A DNA stretch of 64,000 nt from Candidatus Latescibacterota bacterium (lineage in GTDB: Bacteria > Latescibacterota > UBA2968 > UBA8231), in NCBI GenBank assembly GCA_965203355.1, contig OZ241889.1:3872001-3936000 (forward strand), written 5' to 3'. Below, piece by piece: positions 10,197-17,937 of this stretch. Position numbers and translations under genes: made by a program. Every line of letters starts with the position of its first letter. The first letter of the stretch is position 1. The notes beneath the pieces are model-generated. The model was given only the letters and a program-made list of their open reading frames with translations. It did not search any database and was not told the origin of the DNA.

Positions 10197-11485
10197 ACGG
10201 CGTCGCTCACTATCAGTCTTGCTTTAACCATCTCGTCGGCCCCGGGGCACTGCGGGCACTGCGGCAAAAGGCCATTGAGCACTTTGCCGACGCGGGCTTT
10301 CCCACGACCAAAGACGAGGAATGGGCTTTTACCAACATCGCCCCATTAACTCGAACCGACTTCGAGCTAGCCCCGTCCGCGCCCGCCCCGGCCGCTCTCG
10401 ACGACTACCACTACGGCCTCAACGGGCTGGTCTTTGTCGATGGTCACTTTGCGCCCGCGCATTCTCATCTCAACGGCCTATCGGCCGGGGTGCGCGTGGC
10501 GTGCTTGGGCGATGCCATTGCCGCAAACGGCGACTTGGTTTCGAGCGCCCTAGGCCAAGCCGCCGCCACCGAGAACGAGGCTTTCACCGCGCTCAACACC
10601 GCCTTCCTGCAAGACGGTGCGGTCGTCTATCTGCCTCGGGGTGCGGTCGTCGAGCAACCCATCCACTTGCTGTTTGTATCCACCGGCCAACGCGCCAACG
10701 TCATCTCCCATCCGCGCATCCTCGTGGTCGCCGAAGCCAACGCCCAAGCGACCCTAGTCGAAAGCTACGTCGGCTTGGGGGCGCAACCGTATCTGACCAA
10801 CAGCGTCAGCGAATTCTTCGTCGGCCCCAACGCCGTGCTCGACCACTACCGGATCCAGCGCGAGTCGGCCGCCGCCTTCCACATCGCGGCGACCCACGTC
10901 CGCGAGGAACGCGCCGCTCAATTCCGTTCGACCGCCATCGCGCTCGGCGGACGCCTCACCCGCCATCACGTCCACACTTCCTTAGTGGGCGAAGGCGTTG
11001 ACTCCACGCTCAACGGCCTCTACATCGAAGACGGAGCGCAACACGTCGATAACCACACGCTCATTGAACACGCCCAGCCTCATTGCCAGAGCCACGAGTT
11101 CTACAAGGGCATCCTCGGCGGCCGGGCCACCGGTGTCTTCCGCGGCAAAATCCACGTTCACCAAGCCGCGCAAAAAACCGACGCCTATCAAGCCAATCAG
11201 AATCTCCTGCTCTCCGAGACAGCGCAAATCAACACCAAGCCCCAACTCGAAATCTACGCCGATGACGTCAAGTGTTCGCACGGAGCTACCATCGGCCAAC
11301 TCGACGAAGACGCCCTCTTTTACCTGCGCTCTCGTGGCATGGGCCACCGCGAGGCCGTCCGAGTGCTGACGCGGGCCTTTGCGGGCGAAATCCTCGACCG
11401 CGTGCGCGTCCCCGCCCTCAAAGACCCACTCGACCGCCTAGTGGACCGCCGGCTGGAGCAAGCCACCGCTGAAGTTGCCCGATGA
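10193..11485 (+). CDS. sufD: Fe-S assembly protein SufD
   Basis: FPTTKDEEW, FTALNTAF, AQKTDAYQ, KPQLEIYADDVKCSHGATIGQLD, FYLRSRG. Confidence 0.96.
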   Translation: MNGVAHYQSCFNHLVGPGALRALRQKAIEHFADAGFPTTKDEEWAFTNIAPLTRTDFELAPSAPAPAALDDYHYGLNGLVFVDGHFAPAHSHLNGLSAGVRVACLGDAIAANGDLVSSALGQAAATENEAFTALNTAFLQDGAVVYLPRGAVVEQPIHLLFVSTGQRANVISHPRILVVAEANAQATLVESYVGLGAQPYLTNSVSEFFVGPNAVLDHYRIQRESAAAFHIAATHVREERAAQFRSTAIALGGRLTRHHVHTSLVGEGVDSTLNGLYIEDGAQHVDNHTLIEHAQPHCQSHEFYKGILGGRATGVFRGKIHVHQAAQKTDAYQANQNLLLSETAQINTKPQLEIYADDVKCSHGATIGQLDEDALFYLRSRGMGHREAVRVLTRAFAGEILDRVRVPALKDPLDRLVDRRLEQATAEVAR

Positions 11486-12711
11486 CCGCTTCCTTTGACA
11501 TTGCCAAGGTTCGCCGCGACTTCCCGGTCCTCGGCGAGAAAATCCGCGGCAAGGACCTCGTCTATTTCGACAACGGCGCGACCACCCAAAAGCCGCTGAC
11601 GGTCCTCTACGCACTCCAACGCTACTACGCCCGCGAAAACGCCAACATCCATCGCGGCGTCCACTTCCTCAGCCAGCAAGCGACCTTTGCCTACGAGCGC
11701 GGCCGCGGCCGCGTCGGCCAGTTTATCAACGCCCGCGAGAGCAGCGAGATCGTCTTTGTGCGCGGCACCACCGAGGCCCTCAATCTCGTCGCCCACAGCT
11801 ACGGCCGACCGCAGCTAGGCCCGGACGACGAGATCATCGTCTCCCAGCTAGAGCACCACTCCAACATCGTGCCGTGGCAAATGCTGTGCGCGGAAAAGGG
11901 CGCACACCTGCGGGTCGTGCCCATTAGCGATGCGGGTGAGTTCCTCTTCGACGAATACGAAAAGCTACTGTCCGAGCGCACCCGCATCGTCGCCATCGCC
12001 CACGCTTCCAACGCCCTCGGCACCATTCTGCCGGTAAAGGAAATCGCGGCCGCAGCCCATCGGCACGGCGCAGTCGTCGTGGTCGATGGGGCGCAAGGAG
12101 TGCCCCACCTGCCAGTCGATGTGCAAGACCTCGACTGCGACTTCTACGCCTTTTCCGCGCACAAGCTCTTCGGCCCCACCGGCATCGGCGTACTCTACGG
12201 CAAGCAGGCCCTGTTACGCGCCATGCCGCCCTACGAAGGCGGCGGCTCCATGATCGAAAAGGTGAGCTTTGCCGGCACCACGTATGCTCCCCCGCCGACG
12301 CGCTTTGAGGCCGGCACACCGCACATCGCTGGCGTCGTTGGCTTGGAGACCGCCATTGATTACGTCAACGCCGTGGGCCGCGAGCAGATCGCCGCGTACG
12401 AAGCCGACTTGCTCGCGTATGCAGACGCCGCTCTCGCCGCCATCCCGGGGCTGCGCCTGATTGGCACGGCCCGCGAGCGAGTGGCCGTGATCTCCTTCAC
12501 CCTCAGCGACATCCACCCACACGACATCGGCACCATCCTCGACGCCGAGGGCATTGCCGTGCGCGCCGGCCACCACTGCGCCCAGCCGACCATGCAGTTT
12601 TACCAAGTGCCCGCTACGGTGCGCGCCTCGTTGGCTTTTTACAACACGTACGCGGAAATTGACGCCTTGGTCGCGGCGTTGCACAAGGTCAAGAAGGTGT
12701 TTGATGAATAA
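11482..12711 (+). CDS. sufS: Cysteine desulfurase SufS
   Basis: YFDNGATTQKP, NIHRGVH, EHHSNIVPW, FSAHKLFGPTG (PLP lysine), RAGHHCAQP (catalytic Cys). Confidence 0.97.
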   Translation: MTASFDIAKVRRDFPVLGEKIRGKDLVYFDNGATTQKPLTVLYALQRYYARENANIHRGVHFLSQQATFAYERGRGRVGQFINARESSEIVFVRGTTEALNLVAHSYGRPQLGPDDEIIVSQLEHHSNIVPWQMLCAEKGAHLRVVPISDAGEFLFDEYEKLLSERTRIVAIAHASNALGTILPVKEIAAAAHRHGAVVVVDGAQGVPHLPVDVQDLDCDFYAFSAHKLFGPTGIGVLYGKQALLRAMPPYEGGGSMIEKVSFAGTTYAPPPTRFEAGTPHIAGVVGLETAIDYVNAVGREQIAAYEADLLAYADAALAAIPGLRLIGTARERVAVISFTLSDIHPHDIGTILDAEGIAVRAGHHCAQPTMQFYQVPATVRASLAFYNTYAEIDALVAALHKVKKVFDE

Positions 12712-12732
12712 AAAGAATGAGGCATTTCAACC

Positions 12733-13185
12733 ATGACTGAGCTTCGCGAACTGTACCAGCAGGTCATCCTCGATCACAACAAAAATCCGCGCAACTTTGG
12801 CAAGCTGCCCGCGGCCAATCGCATGCAGGAGGGCTACAATCCCCTGTGCGGCGATCACCTGCACATCTATCTCCACGTGGCCGACGAGCGGATTGACGAC
12901 ATTCGCTTTGACGGGTCGGGTTGCGCCATTTCCAAAGCCTCGGCTTCCCTGATGACCACCGCCCTCAAGGGCAAGCGTCCCGACGAGGCGGTTGCCCTGT
13001 TTGAGCAGTTCCACCAGATGGTGACCGCCCAGCCGGATGCGCCCGTCGATCACCAAGCCTTGGGCAAGATGGCCGTCTTCGCTGGGGTGCGCGAGTTTCC
13101 CATGCGCGTCAAGTGCGCGACCTTGGCTTGGCACGCCGCCAAAGCGGCCCTAGCACAAGACCCGTCGCCCGCATCCACCGAATAG
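12733..13185 (+). CDS. sufU: SUF system NifU-family scaffold/sulfur-transfer protein SufU
   Basis: LYQQVILDH, NPLCGD, GCAISKASAS, RVKCATLAW. Confidence 0.95.
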   Translation: MTELRELYQQVILDHNKNPRNFGKLPAANRMQEGYNPLCGDHLHIYLHVADERIDDIRFDGSGCAISKASASLMTTALKGKRPDEAVALFEQFHQMVTAQPDAPVDHQALGKMAVFAGVREFPMRVKCATLAWHAAKAALAQDPSPASTE

Positions 13186-13200
13186 CAAAGGAACCTTCCC

Positions 13201-13539
13201 ATGGAACTGTTGCACGAAAAAACCTTTCCTTCCGGCTCGACCGAGGCCCAAGTGGTGGCCGTGCTCAAGACCTGTTACGACCCTGAGATTCCGGTCGATA
13301 TTTTTGCCCTCGGCCTGATCTACGACATTGAGGTCAGCGACGCGCAGGATGTCCACGTGACCATGACCTTGACCTCGCCCGCCTGTCCGGTGGCCGGTAC
13401 GCTGCCGCCGGAAATCGAGCACAAGATCAAGGCCCATGTCCCGGGCATCGCCACGGCCCGGGTCGAGGTGGTGTGGGATCCGCCGTGGACGATCGACATG
13501 ATGACCGAAGGTGCCAAACTCGAACTAGGCATGATGTAA
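13201..13539 (+). CDS. sufT: DUF59/SufT-like Fe-S assembly protein
   Basis: YDPEIPVDIFALGLIY, MTLTSPACPVA, VWDPPW. Confidence 0.9.
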   Translation: MELLHEKTFPSGSTEAQVVAVLKTCYDPEIPVDIFALGLIYDIEVSDAQDVHVTMTLTSPACPVAGTLPPEIEHKIKAHVPGIATARVEVVWDPPWTIDMMTEGAKLELGMM

Positions 13540-13540
13540 C

Positions 13541-14011
13541 ATGAAACTCAGCTCAAGCGAAGAATACGGCTTGCGCTGCCTCTTGCAACTGGCTCGCCAA
13601 ACCCCGGGCAGCCTGACCATTCCGGAGATCAGCCAAGCCGAGGGGATCACCCATCACAACGTCGCCAAGCTCTTGCGCATTCTCCGGCAGGGCGGCTTTG
13701 TGGCCAGTGCCCGCGGCCAGCAAGGCGGCTACGCCCTCGCCAAGCCCCCGGACCAAATCGCCGTGGCCGACGCGGTCGCCGCGTTGGGCGGTCGCCTCTT
13801 CGACGCCGGTTTCTGCGATCACTTCGCCGGCAGCGCGGATTGCTGCACACACTCGCTGACGGCGTGTTCGGTGCGTGCGCTGTGGGAGCAAGTCCAGCAG
13901 GCCGTCGATCGCATTTTATCGCGCACCACCCTCGCCGACCTGCTCGAACAGGGCTACGCCCTCGCCGACGAAGAGGCGTTGCTCGATATATCGGAGAGTA
14001 CGCTGCGATGA
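13541..14011 (+). CDS. Rrf2-family transcriptional regulator (IscR/SufR-like, Cys-containing)
   Basis: EYGLRCLLQLA, wHTH with SARGQQGGYALA, and a C-terminal Cys cluster (FCDHF..DCC.H...CSVRALW); last gene of the suf cluster. Confidence 0.9.
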   Translation: MKLSSSEEYGLRCLLQLARQTPGSLTIPEISQAEGITHHNVAKLLRILRQGGFVASARGQQGGYALAKPPDQIAVADAVAALGGRLFDAGFCDHFAGSADCCTHSLTACSVRALWEQVQQAVDRILSRTTLADLLEQGYALADEEALLDISESTLR

Positions 14012-15513
14012 AAAAGGTCTTGCTGTGCTGGATCGGTGGAAAAGATTTGGATGCCTCACAAGGAAAAGATGTTGGCGAGGGTCCTATTGCACAGGCCGTA
14101 GAAAAACGCGGGTTTGACGAAGTATTTTTGATTTCAGACTACTCGCCCGACCGTGTAACTGCGTATGTCGAATGGGCTAAGAAAAGGAGCTCGACGCCGT
14201 ACCAACTACGCAGGGTGAAACTTTCAAGCCCGACTCACTTTGGCGAAATCTATGAGGCCGCGAGGGATGTGTGCAAAAAGGCTTTGGGCGACCAACCTGA
14301 TCAAGTCAAATTGACTTTTCACCTTAGTCCTGGTACGCCGGCGATGGCGGCGGTGTGGATCCTCCTAACGAAAATGGGCTTTCCCGCTAAATTAATCGAA
14401 TCTTCAAGAGAGCACGGCGTTCAAACGACGTCTGTTCCCTTTGAGATTCAGGCAAAATATCTGTCCGATCTACTGGCCAAACCCGACGCACAACTCCGCT
14501 CGGCCAGCGCAGGAAAACCCGCAGAAACGGCAGCTTTTGGCGACATAATCTACCGCAGTCAGAAGATGGCGGATTTGGTCGAAAAAGCGAAGCGAGTCGC
14601 AGTGCGGAACGTTCCCGTTTTGCTCGAAGGCGAGTCCGGCACTGGGAAGGAACTTTTTGCCCGCGCCATCCACAAACATAGCCTAAGAAAGGATAAGCCA
14701 TTTATCGCGGTGAATTGCGGTGCAATACCGCGCGATCTGGTGGAAGCCGAACTGTTTGGACACAAAAAAGGCGCGTTTACCGACGCACATGCTGAGCGTA
14801 AAGGTCATTTTGAACAGGCCAATGGCGGTACGCTCTTTTTGGATGAAATCGGCGAGTTACCCAAAAATATGCAGGTGAAATTGTTGCGCGTCCTCCAAGA
14901 AGGCGAGTTCCTCCCCCTCGGTGCATCCACACCCACCAAAGTAGATGTACGCATTGTGGCGGCGACAAATCGGAATCTCGTTGAAGAAGTACGCGAAGGA
15001 CGATTTCGAGAGGACTTGTTTTATCGGATTGTAGTGGCTTACCTCAAACTGCCGCCTTTGCGGGGCCGCGAGGGCGATTTGGGCATGCTGATCCGCCATT
15101 TTATTGATAAAATCAATCAGGAATACGAAAAGGAATACGAAGGACAGCCCGGTTACAAACGTAAAGAAATTTCCCCTAACGGAAAAAATGTTCTCATAAA
15201 CCATTCTTGGCCGGGCAATATACGCGAGTTGGAAAACACCCTGAACCGCGCCATGCTGGCCGACAGCAAAATTCTCGACGAACAAGATATTGAAGATGCA
15301 CTCTTACGCATCGACCATAAGGGCGGCAAAGATATACTGAATCGCCAGTTAGGTGGGGATTTTAACCTAAAGAAACTCATTAGCGAGGTCGCAAGGCACT
15401 ATCTTAAGCGAGCCGACAAAGAATCTCAAAACAACAGAACAGAAGCCGCAAGACTGTTAGGACTTCCCTCTCGTCAGACGTTTGACAACTGGAAGGAGAA
15501 GCACCAAGCATAG
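14008..15513 (+). CDS. Sigma54-dependent enhancer-binding protein with an N-terminal CARF/RtcR-like sensor domain
   Basis: ATG at 14008 overlaps the rrf2 stop. N-terminal VLLCWIGGKD...LTFHLSPGTPAMAAVWILL is RtcR/CARF-like. AAA+ motifs GESGTGKE, GAFTDA, LFLDEIG, RFREDLFYR, WPGNIRELEN. Fis-type HTH NRTEAARLLGL. Confidence 0.88.
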   Translation: MKKVLLCWIGGKDLDASQGKDVGEGPIAQAVEKRGFDEVFLISDYSPDRVTAYVEWAKKRSSTPYQLRRVKLSSPTHFGEIYEAARDVCKKALGDQPDQVKLTFHLSPGTPAMAAVWILLTKMGFPAKLIESSREHGVQTTSVPFEIQAKYLSDLLAKPDAQLRSASAGKPAETAAFGDIIYRSQKMADLVEKAKRVAVRNVPVLLEGESGTGKELFARAIHKHSLRKDKPFIAVNCGAIPRDLVEAELFGHKKGAFTDAHAERKGHFEQANGGTLFLDEIGELPKNMQVKLLRVLQEGEFLPLGASTPTKVDVRIVAATNRNLVEEVREGRFREDLFYRIVVAYLKLPPLRGREGDLGMLIRHFIDKINQEYEKEYEGQPGYKRKEISPNGKNVLINHSWPGNIRELENTLNRAMLADSKILDEQDIEDALLRIDHKGGKDILNRQLGGDFNLKKLISEVARHYLKRADKESQNNRTEAARLLGLPSRQTFDNWKEKHQA

Positions 15514-15527
15514 ACATTTGGCAAAGC

Positions 15528-15543
15528 TGGCACGGAATTTGCT
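15528..15543 (+). promoter_or_regulatory. Sigma54 (-24/-12) promoter
   Basis: TGGCAC-GGAAT-TTGCT matches TGGCAC-N5-TTGCW exactly, with GG-N10-GC spacing, 14 nt after the stop of the enhancer-binding protein gene. Confidence 0.85.
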
Positions 15544-15611
15544 TCTCTTCTATCAAGGATATGAAGCGAGGCTCAAATCACCCACCACCCGAAAGAGAAA
15601 GGAGAAATCTA

Positions 15612-15698
15612 ATGCAAAATGTGCTGCCAGCCATACTAGTTTCATTGGCTATATATGCCGGTCAACGCATCATTGATAAGATCGTTGATGGGCTTTAG
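15612..15698 (+). CDS. Small hydrophobic peptide 1, 28 aa (MQNVLPAILVSLAIYAGQRIIDKIVDGL)
   Basis: AAGGAG 7 nt before the ATG; frame conserved with its paralog at 15779. An in-frame upstream ATG at 15561 is an alternative start. Confidence 0.65.
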   Translation: MQNVLPAILVSLAIYAGQRIIDKIVDGL

Positions 15699-15778
15699 CA
15701 CGTAGCTCAACAGCTCGCTGGGCAGCGTCAATTCGTTGCCCAATCACCCATCACCCCAAAGAGAAAGGAGGTAATCTA

Positions 15779-15856
15779 ATGTTGCCAGCGATATTAATTC
15801 CACTGGCTATATATGCCGGTCAATGCATCATTGATAAGATCATTGATGAGCTTTAG
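15779..15856 (+). CDS. Small hydrophobic peptide 2, 25 aa (MLPAILIPLAIYAGQCIIDKIIDEL)
   Basis: AAGGAGGT SD; paralog of peptide 1 with frame and stop codon preserved. Confidence 0.65.
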   Translation: MLPAILIPLAIYAGQCIIDKIIDEL

Positions 15857-15869
15857 CATATAGCCAATA

Positions 15870-15905
15870 TCTCGCTGGGCAGCGTCAACTCGTTGCCCAG
15901 CGAGA
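15870..15905 (+). other. Stable RNA hairpin after peptide 2
   Basis: TCTCGCTGGGCAGCG-TCAACT-CGTTGCCCAGCGAGA forms a 15-bp stem with one G:U pair. There is no U-tract, so it is not a classical intrinsic terminator. Confidence 0.7.
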
Positions 15906-15940
15906 GTGCCTTCGTCTAAACCAAACAGAAAGGACTGATT

Positions 15941-16099
15941 ATGGCGCGAAGAACACGCGACGACGCACGGATAAGAACAGTCGAGAAAAAGCTGGGAATC
16001 GGGAACAGCCTCACGAATCCCAACGGACGCAATGCCCGTTCCGATAAAAAACTGGGGAATCTCCGTAAGAGTTGGGAAAAGTCTGGTAAGAAGAAATGA
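15941..16099 (+). CDS. Small basic protein, 52 aa (MARRTRDDARIRTVEKKLGIGNSLTNPNGRNARSDKKLGNLRKSWEKSGKKK)
   Basis: AAAGGA SD before the ATG. Internal repeat RDDARIRTVEK / RSDKKLGNLRK. Below the size cut-off of the ORF track. Confidence 0.65.
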   Translation: MARRTRDDARIRTVEKKLGIGNSLTNPNGRNARSDKKLGNLRKSWEKSGKKK

Positions 16100-16135
16100 A
16101 GTGTCGCAAAATCTATAATGAAAGGAGGTGATTCT

Positions 16136-16219
16136 ATGATAATATGGCAACCGACAGGCCCTTATATCGCTCTTGCCATCTTAAAATCATTATACAAATG
16201 GCTGGCGAAGCGGCGATAG
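16136..16219 (+). CDS. Small Fst/Ldr-like membrane peptide, 27 aa (MIIWQPTGPYIALAILKSLYKWLAKRR)
   Basis: Very strong SD AAGGAGGTG. A Pro-led hydrophobic helix is followed by W-L and a basic tail, as in type I toxin peptides. Confidence 0.62.
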   Translation: MIIWQPTGPYIALAILKSLYKWLAKRR

Positions 16220-16229
16220 CAGTTTGTGA

Positions 16230-16271
16230 TTCTATCAGGGGGTGGAGATTTACCTTCGTCTCCTGATAGAA
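16230..16271 (+). terminator. Hairpin closing the small-gene array (possible terminator)
   Basis: TTCTATCAGGGGGTGGAG ... CTTCGTCTCCTGATAGAA pairs fully on the + strand if G:U is allowed; followed by ATTTCTT. Confidence 0.55.
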
Positions 16272-16276
16272 ATTTC

Positions 16277-16305
16277 TTGACATGTCTTCTTGACACACGT
16301 AGGTT
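16277..16305 (+). promoter_or_regulatory. Sigma70-type promoter for the ATPase gene
   Basis: TTGACA-N17-TAGGTT, 34 nt before the ATG at 16340. TTCTTGACA is directly repeated within it. Confidence 0.55.
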
Positions 16306-16339
16306 TTCAACGTTCTTCCACTTAACTCGTGAGAAAATC

Positions 16340-17935
16340 ATGGCTATTAAATCTATAACCATAGAAAATTTCAAGGGCATCGGTGACGCCGTGACCATTC
16401 CGATTCGCCCGATCACTTTGCTGTTTGGTAAAAACAGCTCGGGTAAGTCAACAGTGTTGCAGGCCCTGTTATACATGTCACACGTAATAAAATACGAGGA
16501 TCCAGATCCATATAGTACAGATATAGATCGAGGTTATATTGATCTAGGTGGTTTTTATTCTTTAGTACATCGTCATGAATTGGATCGGAATATTCGCATC
16601 CGTATTGAATTCGGCGGTCAAGACCTTGAAAGATTTTATGAAGCTGAAGGTCCTTTTTTAAAGGGGTTACGAGACCCTATCCGTCGTGACTTGTACGGAT
16701 ATCTAAAATCCGTGTGGATAGAAGTTGTAACAGGTTGGAATGCTGAAAAAGATTATACCGAGGTGCTGTCGCTCAGCTTGGGCTTGAATGGAATAGAGTG
16801 GTATTGTAAAACAAATAAAAGACCGGAGATATTTCCTTCTATAAATACAATTGGATCGAATCGCACACAATGGGTTAGTAACCACGGTAGATACGACGGT
16901 ACCAATTATTATAATATTGAGCACCCCATCATTATCGATAATGTAGACAATAAAATGAAGCAAAACATTTTATTAGCACTCACCACTAGGAAGCTAGCCA
17001 AAGATCTTGATCCTCTGTTAGCATCTATACGTCACTCGTATTATAGTATCAGAGATAAGCTGATAAAAATTGGAGTAAGCGTATCGACCAGTATAAGATA
17101 TTTGGGACCAATCCGAAAATTACCCCCTCGCAACTTTGCCCCACAAAAGACACCTAATGAATCAAAATGGGCAACAGGACTAGAGGCATGGAACATACTT
17201 GGTAGAGAAAGAAAATCTCTGATGATCGAAAGTATAAACTACTATATGAAAGATATTTTGAAGCTCGGTTACACTATTAAAAGAAAAGAATACATCTTGC
17301 TGGATATAGATAGCAAGATCATGAAAAACATGGAAGAATCTGACAGCATTAACCGATTAAAAGAGTTACCTCGCCAAGTTAGACTGAAGCTCCACAGCGA
17401 AAAGAATGACGTTGATTTAGATCCCTTAGATGTCGGTTTGGGAATTTCCCAAGTTATTCCCGTTTTGGTGGGAATTAAAAATTTTGCTACGAAGAATATT
17501 TTTGCTGTCGAAAATCCAGAGATTCATCTTCACCCTGCCGCCCAAGTCGCTCTAGGCGACGTGTTTATTGATAGCAAAAATCCAAACAATACTTTACTCA
17601 TTGAGACGCATTCTGAACATCTGTTGTTGAGATTACTTCGACGTGTGCGCGAGACCAATGTTCGTATCTCAGAAAAGTATGATAAGCTGGTAAGGGAAAG
17701 GCGACAAAATTCAATAAATCCTATAGATGAAGATGAGATGCTAGAGCTGGATATTCGTTCTAGGGAATCTGAGCATCCATATCACCACTTAGAGCCAGAC
17801 GATTTATCAATAGTCTATGTCATGCCAACATCAGAGGAAGTCAAGTTAACTCTATTTACTGTAACAGGTGACGGCGACTTCGAAGAACTTTGGCCAGAAG
17901 GCTTTTTTGAAGAACGTATGGAGGAGCTTTTCTAA
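16340..17935 (+). CDS. ABC-type (AAA_15/AAA_21-like) ATPase with a C-terminal DUF3696-like segment
   Basis: IKSITIENFKGI; Walker A GKNSSGKS; YLGPIR; signature DVGLGISQV; Walker B VENPEIHLHP; H-loop IETHSEHLLLR; C-terminal WPEGFFEE. AT-rich. Confidence 0.88.
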   Translation: MAIKSITIENFKGIGDAVTIPIRPITLLFGKNSSGKSTVLQALLYMSHVIKYEDPDPYSTDIDRGYIDLGGFYSLVHRHELDRNIRIRIEFGGQDLERFYEAEGPFLKGLRDPIRRDLYGYLKSVWIEVVTGWNAEKDYTEVLSLSLGLNGIEWYCKTNKRPEIFPSINTIGSNRTQWVSNHGRYDGTNYYNIEHPIIIDNVDNKMKQNILLALTTRKLAKDLDPLLASIRHSYYSIRDKLIKIGVSVSTSIRYLGPIRKLPPRNFAPQKTPNESKWATGLEAWNILGRERKSLMIESINYYMKDILKLGYTIKRKEYILLDIDSKIMKNMEESDSINRLKELPRQVRLKLHSEKNDVDLDPLDVGLGISQVIPVLVGIKNFATKNIFAVENPEIHLHPAAQVALGDVFIDSKNPNNTLLIETHSEHLLLRLLRRVRETNVRISEKYDKLVRERRQNSINPIDEDEMLELDIRSRESEHPYHHLEPDDLSIVYVMPTSEEVKLTLFTVTGDGDFEELWPEGFFEERMEELF

Positions 17936-17937
17936 CA

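Larger units (their letters stand above)
15576..15905 (+). repeat. Tandem duplication of a ~165-bp unit (SD, small ORF, hairpin)
   Basis: AATCACCCA(C/T)CACCC..AAAGAGAAAGGAG, the peptide ORF and CTCGCTGGGCAGCGTCAA(T/C)TCGTTGCCCA each occur twice, starting at ~15576 and ~15742. Confidence 0.9.

Noticed and set aside
14008-15513. Calling the regulator rtcR of an RNA-repair operon
   Set aside because: No rtcA or rtcB nearby. thpR is over 22 kb away in an unrelated operon, so only the domain-level similarity is kept.
15576-15905. Possible CRISPR array or cas-linked repeats near the CARF-like gene
   Set aside because: Only two ~165-bp units that are similar along their whole length, with no unique spacers; no cas genes in the window.
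15794-16476. Minus-strand ORFs 15794-16150 and 16162-16476, and the extended ATPase start at 16226
   Set aside because: They lack SDs and overlap better-supported plus-strand small genes, a hairpin and a promoter. The ATPase family N-terminus begins at 16340.
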